Shown: piece after piece, positions 42,790 through 57,332 of the stretch
How positions within the stretch are numbered: the stretch's first letter is position 1
How the letters are laid out: every line of letters begins with the position of its first letter
DNA from: the human T2T-CHM13v2.0 reference genome, Homo sapiens
DNA: 64,000 nucleotides
Reading direction: 5' to 3' (one strand)
Assembly: GCF_009914755.1 (NCBI RefSeq)
Contig: NC_060928.1
Made by a program: the position numbers and the translations under genes
Notes under the pieces: model-generated
Database searches by the model: none
What the model saw: the letters and a program-made list of their open reading frames with translations, nothing else
What the model was told of the DNA's origin: nothing

Positions 42790-45525
42790 TGCTAAAATAC
42801 TTTTTATTAGAGAAATGCATTACCTAAAGATAGAATTATTGTGATAAATACCTACATTAAAAATAAAGAAAGACTGAAAATAACCTAGCTCTACACCTGA
42901 AGGAACAAGAAAAAAAGAATAAACTAATCTCAAAGTTAACACAAGAAAGGAAATAATAAATATTAGAGTTGACGTAAATGAGAGAATAGAAAGACAATAG
43001 AAAAAAGTAACAAAAATAAGAGCTTGTTTTTTAAAAAGGTAAACAAATTCAACCAACTCTTAACTAGATTAAGTAAAATAGAGAATATTCAACTAAATAA
43101 AATTATATATAGAAGAAAAGACATTACAAACAATGCTACAGAAAGAAAAAAGATCATGAGTAACAATCATGCACCAATAAATTGGACAACCTAAAAGAAT
43201 GGATACATTTTTAGAAATGTACAATGTATTAAGACCGGATTAAAAAGAAATAGAAAGCCTGAACAAATCAGTAACAAATAAGAAGATTGAATCAGTAATC
43301 AAAAGACTTCCAAAAAAGAAAACTCTAGAACAAAATGGCCTCACAGGTGAATTCCAAAAACTAACTGAAGAAGGTTTAAAAAAAAACACACACACAAGAA
43401 AAGAAACTTCAAGCCAAAATCTGTGATGAACATGGATGCAAGAAAACCCTCAAAAAAAATACTAGGAAACTGAATTCAACAAGCACATGACCAACTGAGA
43501 TTTATCTCTTAGATGCAAGGATGGTTTGACAAGCATAAATCAATCAATATGATACACCAAATAACAGAGTTAAACATAAAAATCACATAATCATCTCGAT
43601 ATTTGCAGAAAAAGCATGTGACAAAATTCAATGTTCAAGATAACAGAATCTTTCAACAAATTAGCTTATAAAAGAAACTTGCCTCAACACAATAATGGCC
43701 ACATATGAAAGCCCACAGATAACTTCATGCTCAATGGTAAAAAATTAGAAGCTTTTTCTCTAAGATCTAGAGCATGCTGAGGATGCCTACCCTCACTACT
43801 GCTATTCAACACAGTACTAAAATTTCTAGCCAGAGCAATTAGTCAAGAAAAAGAAACAAATGGCATCCAAATTGGAAAAGCAGAAGTAAAATTTATCTCC
43901 ACAGATGACATGATCTTGAATGTGGAAAATCCTAAAGACTTTACAGTAAATAAACAAACAAAAAACAAATTCAGCAATGTTGCAGGATACAAAATCAACA
44001 CATACTAATTTTGGATTTCTATAAACTAGCAACAAACTATCTGTTAAAGAAATTAATCACATTTATAATAACATCAAAAAGTGTAAATACCTCAAAGCAG
44101 TTGTAAGTAAGAAGGTAAAAGACATGTACACTGAACACTATAAAACACTGATTAAAGAAATTAAGACACAAATAAATGCAAACATCTGCTCATCATGAAA
44201 TGGAATAATTAATATTGTTGAAATATTCTTACTGCTCACAATAATCCACAGATTCAATGCAATCCCTGCTGAAATCCCAATAGTGTTTTTATACATATAG
44301 AAAAAAGATTTCTAAAACTTTTACAGAATCACAAAGACCCTGAATAGACAAAACAATCTTGTCAAAGAACAATGTTGAGAGCTTTATAAATCCTGATTTC
44401 AGAACATAATACGAAGGTACAGTAATCCAAACAGTATGTTACTGGAATAAAGAGAGATACATAACAATAAATTACAATACAGAGCCTTATAGTCAACTAA
44501 TCTTGAAAAAGGGTGCCAAGACAATACAATGGGAAATATATATATGGAACTCCCACAAGTTGATAGCAAACAAAGAACCACACAAATAACTTGATTTAAA
44601 AATGGCCTAAGGAACCAAATACACATTTCTCAAATGAAGGTGTACAAATGGCCACAGGTACATGAAAATAATGCTCAACATCTCTAATTATCAGGTAAAT
44701 GAAAAAACGCAATGAGATATTACCTCCCATGTATTAGGATGGCTGTTACCAAAACTTCAATAAGCAACAAGTGTTGATCAGGATGTGGAGAGAAAGGAAT
44801 TTTTGTATACTGTTGGTGGGAATGTAAATTAGTGCCACTACTATGAAAAATACTATGGAAGTGTCTCAAAAATGAAAAATATAAATATCATATGATCCAA
44901 CAATTTCACTTCTGGATATATATCCAAAGAAATTGAAATCAGGATCTCAAAAAGATAATTGCCTTCCCATGTTCATTGCAGGATTTATTCATAATCAAGA
45001 CATCATATCCATTGTCAAGACATGGAAGCAACTGAAATGTCCATGAATGGATAAATACAGAAAATATGGTATATACATACCATTGAATATTTTACAACCT
45101 TAAAAATGAAGGAAACCCTGTCATTTGTGAACAAAATGGATAAACCCGGAGGACATTATGCTAAGCTACACACAGAAAGACAAATAGTACATCATGCCAC
45201 TTATATAATGAATCTAAAATAGACTCAGAAGCAGAGGGTTGAAAGGTGGTTGCCAGGGGTTTGCAGGTTGCACGGGGGCGGGGGAGGTGCAGAACTGAAA
45301 GGTATTAGTCAAAGGTACAAAATTTCAGTTATACAAGATGAATAAGTTCCAGAGACCTACTGTGTAGTATAGAGCCTATGTAACAATACTGTATTTTATG
45401 TTTAAAAATTTGCTAAGATGGTAGATATGTTAAGTATTCTTATAACAAAAGGAAAAAATAATAATAAACAAATAGAGTAAGAGAAATTTTGGAGGTGATA
45501 GGCTTAAGGCATAGATTGGTATGAT
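42790..45525 (+). mobile_element. Decayed L1MA (MA9/10-like): ORF2 with deletions and 3' UTR
   Basis: 'cagatgacatgatc' RT motif at ~43902; 3' UTR 'aaggtacaaaatttcagttatacaagatgaataagttc...tttgctaaga'. Confidence 0.9.
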
Positions 45526-46007
45526 TATATTTAGCAAATTGAATGTATTTTTAATTTAATTGTAATATTTTATATTATTTTGAAAAATGATATAAAATTA
45601 GTTTGAGATTTTACTGGGTCAAATGTGAGGTTAAAATGTTAAGTCTAAGTACACATATGCAACACATGCACACAAACCCAAGAAAATCGAGATGCAGTAC
45701 ACCCAAACCAGAAAATGAAAAATGTATTTAAATTAAAAATATTTCAAACAATTCAATGAAATCCAGATAGTAGCAATAAGTTTAGGTATATTAGCAATAA
45801 TAATAAAAAATAATCAGGGATCAACTCAATTAAATGTGACAAAAGAACCAAATATAAATTTGAGAAAAAGAATTGCAAGGTTATTAAATTAAATAGAACC
45901 TAAAATTCAGTTCCATAGTGTTTACAAAAGATGTAAAAAACATATAAAGAAACACAACAGATAAAAGCAAAATAAAGGAGAAAGATACTTCCAGCAATAC
46001 TGAATGC

Positions 46008-46238
46008 AAGAGGAGGGGAAGGGGAGGGGAGGGGAAGGGAGGGAAAGTGAGGAGGGGAATGGAGGGGAGGAAAGAAGGGAAGGAAAGGTGGGGAGAGGGA
46101 AGAGAAGAGGGTAGGAGGAGAGGAGAACGGGAGGGGATGGGAAAGGAAAAGGGGTAGGTAGGAGGGCAGGGGAGAGAGGAGGGGAAGGGAAGGGAGGAGA
46201 GGGGAGGGGGGAGAGGAGGAGAAGGAAGAGCAGGATAG
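46008..46238 (+). repeat. GA-rich polypurine low-complexity tract
   Basis: Almost exclusively G/A over ~230 bp. Confidence 0.95.
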
Positions 46239-46940
46239 GCGAACAAGGATTTAGATACAAACAATAAAAACAATAATATAAGAATATAGTGCCATGTACC
46301 TAATAATTATACTTATGTGCCCAAGAATTTCCTTTTCAGGCAAACATGCAGCACATTTACAAAACTTGATCATATTCTCAACCACTAAGCAAATCTCAAC
46401 AAATATCAAAATGACCATATCGTACAGATCATGTTTCCAACATATAATCAAATTTATTAAACTAATTTAATTATTTGAAAATTAATACATAAACTTGTAA
46501 CAGGAGTCAAAGAATCAAAATAAATATAGACATTTAGAACTGAGATTAGTAACCCCATATATTGAAATTTGGGGATATTTATGTAAAGCAATTCGTAGAG
46601 AAAATTCTAATGCTTTAAAATTAAAGGGTTAAGTGTAAGTGACACAAAACTTCATTACTGAGGCAACAGTGATCCCTTTTGTCTCTCCTTATTTTTTGAT
46701 TTTGGAATCCATATTTATAGGAAAGCAGAACACTAGCCACAACAAATACATAATGACTATTCTAAAGATTTCACTGGGAAAATATAGCAATTAAATTATG
46801 TGTATGCCTAAGAAGAAAGCATCTCAATTTATAAAGGGAAAACTGAAAGAATTATGAGATGAAAATAATAAATCCATAATCACAGTGAGTAAATTTAGCT
46901 TATTTATCTCAGTAATTGGTTTATAAAAGATCCAAAAAAC

Positions 46941-47287
46941 GAGAGAAAGGAGAGAAGAGAGTAGGGGTGGGTAAGGAAGGCAGAGGAAGGGAGGGTAAGG
47001 GAGTGGGGAGGAGGGGAGGACAAGGGAGGAGAAGAGAGGAGAAAAGGGGGGAGGAGAGGAGAAAAGGGGAGAGGAGAGCAGATGAGGGGAGGGGAGAAAA
47101 AGAAAGGGGAAGGGAGAAGGGAGGGAAGGGGGAGGGAAGGGGGGAGTAGAAGGGAGGAGAGGGAAGGGGAGGATGGGGGAGAGGAGGGGAGGACAAGGGA
47201 AGGTAGGGAAGTAGAAGAGGAGAGCTGGGAGAGGAGGAAAGGAGAAGAAGAGGGGAGGGGAGGGGGAATGAGAGGAGAGGAAGGAGT
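46941..47287 (+). repeat. GA-rich polypurine low-complexity tract
   Basis: Almost exclusively G/A over ~345 bp, with many GGG+ runs. Confidence 0.95.
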
Positions 47288-47899
47288 TAGTTATTTAATT
47301 CAGCTTTTTGTGACAAGGTGAGCTGTTTTTGTAAGGATAGATTTGATTTCAAGTCACAAGGCCCAGAGGAGAATGCTGAGTGGGGCCACTAAATAACAAA
47401 ACTATGAAGAAAAAAAATTATTAAATCTACTTGTGAATAGCAACTCAGCCAAAGCAACTTTGAAGAAGTCTGCAAATTTGCTCAACAAAATATCAAGATT
47501 TGGCCCAAAGTTAAAATAAATATGGCCACTGGTTTCTGAATAGTTATATACAGAATGGTAAATGACATTAAACAACCAGTTTAGAAACATACCTACATAT
47601 AGATGCTTTGCTAATCAGGATAAAAGATTGACTCATCAATAAATGACACTAGGAGGACTAGTGTCCTATATCCAATATAGAAAAAAAAATCAGTCACCTC
47701 CTCATATCAGATTTAAAATCCACCCATTTCAGAGCAGTAATGACCTAAATATTTTAAGTCTGTAAAACTTTTAGAACAAGGCATTGAAAAATATTTTTCT
47801 AATAGCAGAGTAAGAAAACATATCTTAATTGTGACACAGGTAGCACAAAAGCACAAGATAAAGGACAAATAATTGTTTTCTGTAATTTATCCTTTCCCA

Positions 47900-48295
47900 T
47901 GCCTTCCACTTTCCTTTCAGTTCCCATTAACACCCTGACCTGCTGTTCTCATTGCCCAGAATGTCCATCTAAACTCCATTCCCAGCCTTCACCCTACTTA
48001 ACTCCAATGCATCCTTCAGATCTTGACTCTAATGCCCAATTTTTTCAAGAAAGCCTTTCTTGGCATCCCAACCTAAAAGTAATTTAAGTGTCTCTTTGCT
48101 ACAGGAATGTGAACCCCTAGGAGCTCCCTTTCTTAGTATCCATCACTGCTCGTATCATGTTTATTTGTGTGATTATTTAATGTCTGGCTTCATGAACTAC
48201 ACTGCATGTTTTAGGATCATCAATTTGTCTCCAAAACCTACATCAGTGGCTAGGACAAAAGAGAATCATAAATATATGCAGAATAAACAAATGAA
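47900..48295 (+). mobile_element. L2 3' relic
   Basis: 'tgctgttctcattgcccagaatg', 'atccttcagatct', terminal 'ataaatatatgcagaataaacaaatgaa'. Confidence 0.6.
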
Positions 48296-49370
48296 AGATA
48301 CTGGTTTCATTGGAAAAGTGTAGAGAAAAATGGAAAAGTCTTTATAAAGATATGTATAAAGGTGGAATGTATGCTAGAATTTTGTAACTATATGGGCTTT
48401 GGACATATGAGAAGTGTGGACACCATCCTTAGATAAGTGAATAATAAAAAAAATGGGAAACCTTAGTGCTTTTTCTACCAATCCTACTGGTTGTAATCTC
48501 TCCACACTTTAAGCCAATTTTCCTGTCTGTAATTCACTTTGAGGCAGATTCCTTGCTCTAATTATCTGTGTGCTCTTCATTACTTCACTTATTTGAGCCC
48601 AACAGACAAGGTCTATTTACTCATGGATATTTTATTGTTATTGTAGGTAATGAGGGGCAGAAAATTAAAATTTAATGAGAAAATATTCAACCTCATATTA
48701 TAATTGAAAAGTGCTTGAATAATATATAAAAATAAGCCATAGGATAATGTCCTTGAAAGAAACTAGATTATACTGGATAGCTAGATTACACTTCACTTAG
48801 GAGGTAACCTTTAAGCTGATATTTTAATATGGACCCCTAAGCTCTTAATGTATTGTGATGGTTTATAATGTTAGTAGCAGTTTGATTATTGTGCATTAGG
48901 TTTAATTGAATATTTGTGCAATCACTTTAAATCCTGATAGCTCCTTGTAGCTTTCTGTCACTAAACTAGGTCAGGAGATAAAAAGTTACCTCTATAATAG
49001 TTAAATAACTTTTCAGTAGTCATTAAAACTGTAATCAAAGGGAGAAGAATGCCAACCCTGACCTAACTTCTGATTGTCCATCTTATGAAATATAAGCAAT
49101 GACCCTCCTTTCCACTCCCAGGCTCCTTGCTGAAAGTTCTTTTACTGACACTGTTGCTATCCTATGAAGTATATTCTCAAAATTCTAATTAATTTATTCT
49201 CTTTAGCTCCTCAAAGAGCCTACACACAGTTACATATATTGATTTTTGTATATTTTTAGCTAATATACAAATAGATCAGTCTTCAAGTGTCAATAACCAT
49301 AACTCAGCTAAAACAAAATGAAAACAATTGTTAACAGACGTTTTCTAGTTAATTGTATATACATATTCCC

Positions 49371-49928
49371 TACGTTAGTTTACTATGCTGCATATCAAAT
49401 TACCACAAATTTAATGGCTTACAATGGCACATATTTATTCCCAGTTGCTGTGGGTAGAGAGTCTGGGCTTGGTTTATCTGGGTTCCTGTAAGGCTGCCAT
49501 CAAGATGCTGGCCAGGACTGGCGCTTATCTGGAGGCTCAACTTGGGGTAGAACCAATTTCAAGTTTAGTCTTGAGGGTGACAGAGTTCACTTCCTTGTGT
49601 CGAGAAGTGAACTGTACCAACAATCTGATTAAACCGGAAACTAGACATATTTCCCCGTTTAGCAAGGGATAATTTGCTTTTTTACCAAGCAAATGATAAT
49701 TTCCTTTTTTAGAGCTAGCGCTGAAAATGAAAAACTCTAGATTCTGTTAGTTAAACATTCTTCTTAAACATAACACAATCACAAAAATGACATCCCATCA
49801 CTTTTGTCATATTTCATTGGTTAGGAGCAAGTCACAGTCCGCTTCAATGTTTTAGGGAGGGGAAAATAGGAAAGTGTGAATAACAAGAGGTGAGGATCAT
49901 AGGGCCACCTTAAAATCTGTCTGTCGCA
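49371..49928 (-). mobile_element. MLT1 (F/G/H-like) solo LTR
   Basis: 'aaattaccacaaatttaatggctta', 'aaggctgccatcaagatgctggcc', 'gacatcccatcacttttgtcat', 'gaggatcatagggccacctta'. Confidence 0.8.
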
Positions 49929-50034
49929 GTATCTTTTTCTAAGTTTTCTGCTTTGAGATAAATTTTTTATATACTGTGAGTTTTGTGCTAAATGCCTACA
50001 TTATATACATTACTAGCAATAATTATAGCAATTA

Positions 50035-50258
50035 TAAGACAGCCAATATTTAGGTAGTACCATTCTCTTCATCTAATGTTTTCTTATGAACATAGTGCAA
50101 CATAGTGAGGTAAGAAGTAGCTATAGCAGCAGCAGCATACCTATTTTATGCTTGAGGAAATCAAAACCCAGGGCAATTGTGTATTCTCAAGATCCCATGA
50201 TCTATGAGTAGCAGAGCTGGAATTTGAACACAGGCTTTCCAATAATAATTCCAGTGCT
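50035..50258 (-). mobile_element. MIR relic
   Basis: 'cctattttatgcttgaggaaatc...gtagcagagctggaatttgaacacagg'. Confidence 0.7.
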
Positions 50259-50654
50259 TAGATTTACAAACGTGCTTCACTAGAAAATGCATTTGCAAAG
50301 ATTGGCATCCTCAAATTTGGAAAAATTGGTGTAACACCAGGAGATCCAGAAAATTATTTATGGGCTCCAAACTTAATGTATCTCTTTACCACTTAATGAT
50401 TGAAGGAAATGAATAATACTTTATTCCAGCCAAGAAGGGAATGACTGCTATGTAAGCATTTCTGTATTGTTAGCTGCTTCTAATTTTTGCCTTCCATTTG
50501 TGGTCTGTCTTTGTCAGATGTGTTTTATCTCTCATCTACAAGGAACAGAATTTCTTCTTTTTTTTTTTTTTGAAAAATGCCACAGAATAATCTCTGTGGT
50601 CATAGGTGACTCATAACTTAATAATTACCTCTCCTCTTTCCATTATATAATTAA

Positions 50655-53600
50655 TGTTTTTAAAGAGAATAGAAATATTTTCTTTTGAAGATTTAAATTT
50701 AATAAACAATATCCAGGTACAGGAAGGTTAAAGATCACCAGCTAAGATTTAAACCAAGCAAGTCTACCCCAAGATATGTAATAATCAAGCTCTCAAAAAT
50801 AAAGAGAGGATCCTGAAAGCAAGAGAAAAGAATAAAATAACATGAAAGTTCCAGTTCCTCTGGAAACAGACTTCTGACTAGAAACTTTACAGGCCATGAG
50901 AGAGTAGGATGATATATTGAAAGTACTAAAAGACAACAAAAAAACAGCCAACCAAGAATAGAGCACTCAGCAAGGCTACCCTACAGAAATAAAGGAGAGA
51001 GAAAAACATTCCCTGACAAACAAAACCTAAGATAATTTATTACCACCAGACCTGTCATACAAAATATGCCGAGAGTTCTTCAAACTGAAAAACAAGATTC
51101 TAATGTGTAACAAGAAAATACCTGAAGGTATAAATTTACTGGTAAGAGTTAGTATATAAACAAACACACAATACTCATACTGTAATTGTGGTGTTTAAAC
51201 CACTTATATTTTTCATATGAAGATTAAAAGAGAAAATTATTAAAATAATAACTACATTAACTTGTCAAGAGATATGTGATATAAAAAGATGTAAAGTAAA
51301 ACATCTAAAATTTCAAATGGAGAATGATGTTAAGGTGTACAGGTTTTTATTTTGTTTGCTTTTTTTTCTATTTTTCAATCAAATTTATGTTTCTATCCTC
51401 CTAAAATAACTTGTCATAATACATAAATACAATATATTTTTGTAAGCCTCATGGTAACCACAAAGCAAAAACCTGTAATATATATACCAGAAATAAAAAT
51501 AAAGGAAATCAACCCTAGAGAAAATCACCTAACCAGAAAGGAAGACAGCAAGAGAGAAAAAAGGGAGAAAGGAACTACAAAATTCTCAAAAACAAATAAC
51601 AAAATGGGAATAGTAAGACCTTACTTATTGATTATATCCTTAGATACAAATGAATTAAATTCTCCATTAAAAGACATAAAATAATTGTATGGATTAAAAA
51701 TAAAGACCTAACTATATGCTGCTTACAATAAACTTGCCTCACCTGTAAGGACATGCATAGACTAAAAGTGAAAGGATGGAAGGAAAATATTCCATACAAA
51801 TAGAAGCAAAAAGAGAGAGCAACAGCTGTCTATTTTGATTTAAATAGACTTTAAATAAAAAGTAGTAAATAATAAAAGGAAGATTATTACATAAAAAGGG
51901 TTAATTCACCAAGAGGATATTACAATTATAAATATACATGCATCTAACATTGGACAACCTAAATATATGAAGCAAATATTAACCGATCTAAAGGGAAAGA
52001 TCAGTACAGTAAAAGTAGGGGACATAAACACTGCACTTTCAGCAATGGATAGATCATCCAAACAAAAAGTCAACAAAGAAAGAGCAAAGTTACATTATAT
52101 CCTCTAGATTAAATAAACCTATAAACATCTATAGAACATTCTACCCAACATCTTCAGAATACACATTCTTCTAGACAGCACATTGAATATTTTTCAGGAT
52201 ATATCATACGATAAGCCACAAACCAAGTCTCAACAAATTTTTAAAAACTGAAGTCATACCAACTATCTTTTCCAAACACCATACAATAAAACTAAAAATC
52301 AATAACAAAAAGGACTTAGAAAAGTATGCAAATACATGAAAATTAAACAACATGACCCTGAACAAATAATGGGTGAATAAATAAAAAGAAATTACTTTGG
52401 AATTTTAAGAGAAATGATAATTGGAAACACAAAATAGCAAAACCTGAGAAATACAGCAAAAGTATCACTAAGAATAAAGTTTGTAACTAATGCCTACAAC
52501 GACAACAACAAAAAAAAAACTCAAAAGATTTGAAATAAACAGCTTAATATTACAACTCAGGGGATTAGAAAATAAGATCAAAACAACCCCACAATAAGTA
52601 GAAGAAAAAAATTGAAGATCTGAGCAAAAATAAATAAAATAGAGAAAAAATAGGATCAACAATATTAAGAGTTGGTTTTTTGAAAAGAAAAGCAAAATTG
52701 ACAAGCTTTCATCTAGACTAAGAAAAAAAGAGAATACTCAAATAAATAAAATCAGAAATGAAGAGGGAGTCATTACAACTGAAACCATAGAAATACAAAA
52801 AATCATTAGGGACTATTACAATCAATATATGCCAAAAAATTCAAAACCCTAGAAGAAATGGATACATGTTTGGACACATACAACTTACCATGATTGAATT
52901 ATAAAGACATAGAGAATCTGAAAAGACCAAAAATGAGTAATGAAATTGAATCTGTATTAAAAAGTCATCCATCAAAGGAAAGCTCAGAAGTTGATAGATT
53001 CACTTCTGAATTTTAACAAACATTTAAAGAAAAATACCAATTCATTTCAGTTTGTTCAAAAAATTGAGGGGGAGGGAATTTTTCCAAACTCATTCTACAA
53101 GGACAACACTGCTCTAATAAGAAAACTAGAAATGAGCACAACAGTAAAAGAAAACCACAGGCCAATATCCCTAATCAACATTGATGCAAAAATCCTCAAG
53201 AAAATACTAGCAAACCAAATCCAACGGCACATCAAAAAGACTACATACAATGATCAGGTGGGATTCATCTCAGGGATTCAAGGATAGTTCAACACATGCA
53301 AATCAATAAACATGATACATTGCATAAACAAAGGACAAAGATATACAATAATCTCAATTGAAACACAACAAACTTTTGATAAAAAACAGCATTCCTATAT
53401 AATAAAAACTCTCAATGAACTGTGTATAGAAGGAGCATAACTTCAACATAATAAAGGCCATATATGACAAATCCACAGCTAACATCATAATTAATAAGAA
53501 AAAGCTTAAACCTTTTGTTTTGATCTAGAAAAAGACAAAGATATCCATTTTTACCACTTTTATTTATCACAGAACTAGAAGTACCAGCCAAAGCAATCAG

Positions 53601-55733
53601 GTAAGAAAATTAAATAAAGTTATTTGAACTAGAAAATGGAAAGTCAAATTGTCCCTATTCGCAGATGATATGATCTTATATATAGAAAACCCCAAAGACT
53701 CCACCAAAAAATTATTAGAACCAATAAACAAATTCTGCAAAGTTGCAAAATATAAAATTAACATATAAACAACAGTAACATTTCTATATTCAAATAGTGA
53801 ACTATCTGAAAAAAGAAGCAAAAAGAAAGTGAAAGCAAGTTCTTACAATCACTACAAAAATTAAAATACCTAGAAATGAATGTAAACCAAATGGTGAAAT
53901 CTCTACAGTGAAAACTACGAAACATTTATGAAAGAAATTGAAGAAGACACACATGAAACAAGGAATAATATTTTACATTCATGGAATGGAAGAATTAATA
54001 TTATTAAAATGTCTACACTACTGAAAGCCATATACAGATTCCATGCAATTCCAATAATATGACCAATGGCATTGTCACAGAAATAGAAAAAAAAATTCTA
54101 AACTTTGCATAGAACCACAAAAGACCCCAAATATCCAATCCAATCCTGAGCAAAGAGAACAAAGCTGGAGACATCACACTACATAAGCTATAGTAATCAA
54201 AGCAGCATGATACTAACATAATAACAGACACATAGATTTATGGAAAAGCATAGAAAGCTCATAAATCAACCCATACATCTACAGCTAACTGATTTTCTGC
54301 AAAGGTGCCAAGTACATACAATGGAGAAAGAATAGTCACTTCAGTAAATAATACAGGAAAAACTGTACTATTCAGGCACAGAAGAATGGAGCTATACCCT
54401 TATCTTTGAACATACATAAAAATAAATTCAAAATGAATTAAATACTTAAACATAAGACCCAAAAGTACAAAACTTCTAGAAAAAAAGACATGAGGGAAAG
54501 ATTCATGACATTGGTGTAGGCAAGGATTATTTTTAATAAAACTTCAAAGGAACCAGCAACAAAAGCAAATATGGACAAATGGGATTACATCAAACTAAGT
54601 AGCTTCTGCAAAGAAACAATCAACACAGCAATGAGGCAACCTAAAAAATAGGAGAACATATTTGTACACTATACATCTGACAGGGGGCTAATATCCAAAA
54701 TATATAAAGAACTCAAACAACTCAACAACAGCAAAAAAAATTATAACCCAATTTAAAAATTGTCAAAATACCTGAACAGACACTTCTTAATAGAATACAT
54801 ACAAACAGCCAACAGATATATTAAAAAATGCTTAACATCACTAATCATAAGGAAAATTCAAACCAGAACTACAAATGAGATACCACTACACTCCAGTCAG
54901 AATGGCTACCATCAAAATATGACAAGTGTTGGAAAGAATGTAGAAAAAATGGAACCTTTACACACTGCTGATAAGAATGTAAATCAGTAGAGCCATTATG
55001 GAAAACAGTTGTTGAGGCTCCTCAAAAATTAAAAATAGAACTATTGCATGATCCAGCAATCCCAATACTGGTTATACATCCGAAAGAAATGAAATCAGGC
55101 TATCAAAAAGGTATCTGCACTCCTGTTTATTATAGCACTAGTCACAATAACCAAGACATGGAATCAACCTAAATGTCCATCAAAAGATGAATGATAAAGA
55201 AAATGTGCATATATACCCAATGGAATACTATTCAATTATAAAAAGAAGGAAATCCTGTCATTTGAAGCCACATGATGCATCTGGAGGACATTAAGTTGAG
55301 TGAAATAAGCCAGGCACAAAAAGAGAAATATTGCATGCTGTCACTCATATGTGAAATCTCAAAAGTTATACTCAGAGAAGTAGAAAGTAGAATAATGATT
55401 ACCAGAGTATGAAGAAGGGATGAGAGAAAGGGAGATTGCAAAAGACTTGTCAAAAGTTACAAACCTACAGTTAGAAAAGAGGAATTAGTTCTGGTGGTCT
55501 ATGGGTTAGAAGGATGACTAGAGTCATCAGTAATGTACTGTATAGTTTAAAATAGTTGGTAGGGAGGTTTTTGAATGTTCTCATAGCAAAGAAACAAATA
55601 TTTGAGGTGATAAATATACTAATGACTCTGATTTGATTAGACAATTTGCACATGTATCAAAACATCACATTGAAATCCATAAATATGTATAATTATTATG
55701 TGTCAATCATAAATTCAAAAAATTTAATAAAAA
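50655..55733 (+). mobile_element. Decayed L1MA (MA4-7-like): partial ORF1, ORF2 and 3' UTR
   Basis: ORF remnants 'LIISLDTNELNSPLK', '[31 protein letters not shown]' and FADD ('ttcgcagatgat', ~53658). The 3' end is 'ccataaatatgtataattattatgtgtcaat'. Confidence 0.95.
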
Positions 55734-56466
55734 ATGTTTTCAACCAGTTTGCACATCTTTTTCACAACAAAAATAATCACAAATAATGACCTTTGTGCAA
55801 ATAAATTGACTACATTTTACTCAACGTTAGAGAGAGTTCCTATTTCTTAATTTGGTATTAAGAACCAATGCCTCAAACCTATAATTTCCATAGGAAAATT
55901 TCCCTTTATAGTCATGTAAAATTTCTGGTATTGATCCATGCTTGTTTCACACATTCTGATTAGAATGTTTGTCAGATTTTCTTATGTCACCTTAGAGCAC
56001 CTACTGAAATAGTGTATAGGAGGAAGTCAATTTGGAGACTATGGAGAAGTTGAGCTTATGGGAAAAGGCAGTCTTATAGAAACACTTAGGTACCATCTGA
56101 GGATGTGGAGTGAACCACAGTTTGAGCTGCAAATGTGTCAACAAGAGAAAAGGAAAAGAGAGAATGGAACACAAAGATTTTTCTAAAGCTTCTCTGTGTC
56201 CACTTCAAAACTCACTCTGGACTATTAAAAAGAAATATATTTAGATAGCATGGTTCTAAAACTCCTGAAAAGTTTCATAAAATTAAAGAATTTCAAAAGT
56301 CCAAAATAATTTACAGTGGACTACTTTTGAGGTTATTAGCCTAATTTAAAGAAATCATAATTCACACACATATAAAAACTAAATTTATTTCTTACTTGGG
56401 AAAGGAAGAATTGCAAGCAAATGTAATTTATTGCTTAACCAAGAACGAGAATGGGTTATTACAGAG

Positions 56467-56794
56467 TGTTATGGACCGAATGCTTATGCCACCCCAAAAT
56501 TCATATATTGAATTCTTAACCTCCAGTGTGATGGTATTTGGAGGTGAGGACTTTGGAAATTAACTAGTGACCCCACAGGAAGAAACCAGAGAGCAGTTCA
56601 CTATATCTATCATGTGAGAATACAGCAAGAAAGCAGCCATCACCAAGACATCGCTACTGAGAACTGCATCTATAACTGCATCTATATACCTTGATCTTGG
56701 AATTACCAGCCTCCAGAACTGAGAAATCAGCATTCCTTGTTTAAATCACCCAGTCTGTGGTATTTTTATATAGCAGTCCCAGCAGACTAAGACA
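56467..56794 (+). mobile_element. MLT1A-like solo LTR
   Basis: 'tgttatggaccgaatg...caaaattcatatattgaa' through 'cagactaagaca'; near-TSD cagag/caggg. Confidence 0.9.
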
Positions 56795-57292
56795 CAGGGT
56801 TTGGAGAAAGTGTGATGTTTATGTAAACATAAGTGAACAGCATTTTGATTCACTAGGAATAAAGGAGAAACATTTTGAGTACAGAGCCAATACTGGTCTG
56901 AAGCTGCCTTCAAAACCCTGATTCCTTGAAAATTACAGGATCAGATAAATGTGCAAAATTGCGTCAGCTGTATTTGCTGTGAAAGCCATGATCCCCATAA
57001 GTAAATCTGGACTGGAGATGCAGAGAATTTGCAGGAAGGCCTTGGTCTTCACGACTTCACAAACTGAACACAGGTGTGAAAACAGCATGACCCACAAAAC
57101 TCAGAAAACTTAGGTCAGCGTGGGAGGTTCAGATCTTAGATTTGTGAGGTTCAATAGTCTTAAGTTAAAAATTGAGGGAAAATATTCTTCTTCTGATTAA
57201 CACTTTTTATATAAAAGAATAAATGGCATTATAGACATTCAAAAGTACCATTAAAGGAAAAGAATAACAACTAAAAGCTATCAGAAGAAAAA

Positions 57293-57332
57293 GTGTGTGT
57301 GTGTGCATGTGTGTGTGTGTATGTATGTGTGT
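57293..57332. repeat. Imperfect (TG)n microsatellite
   Basis: Directly visible. Confidence 0.9.

Noticed and set aside
45884-47321. Pro/Ser/Leu-rich and Gly/Glu/Arg-rich ORFs
   Set aside because: These are translations of polypurine/polypyrimidine tracts.
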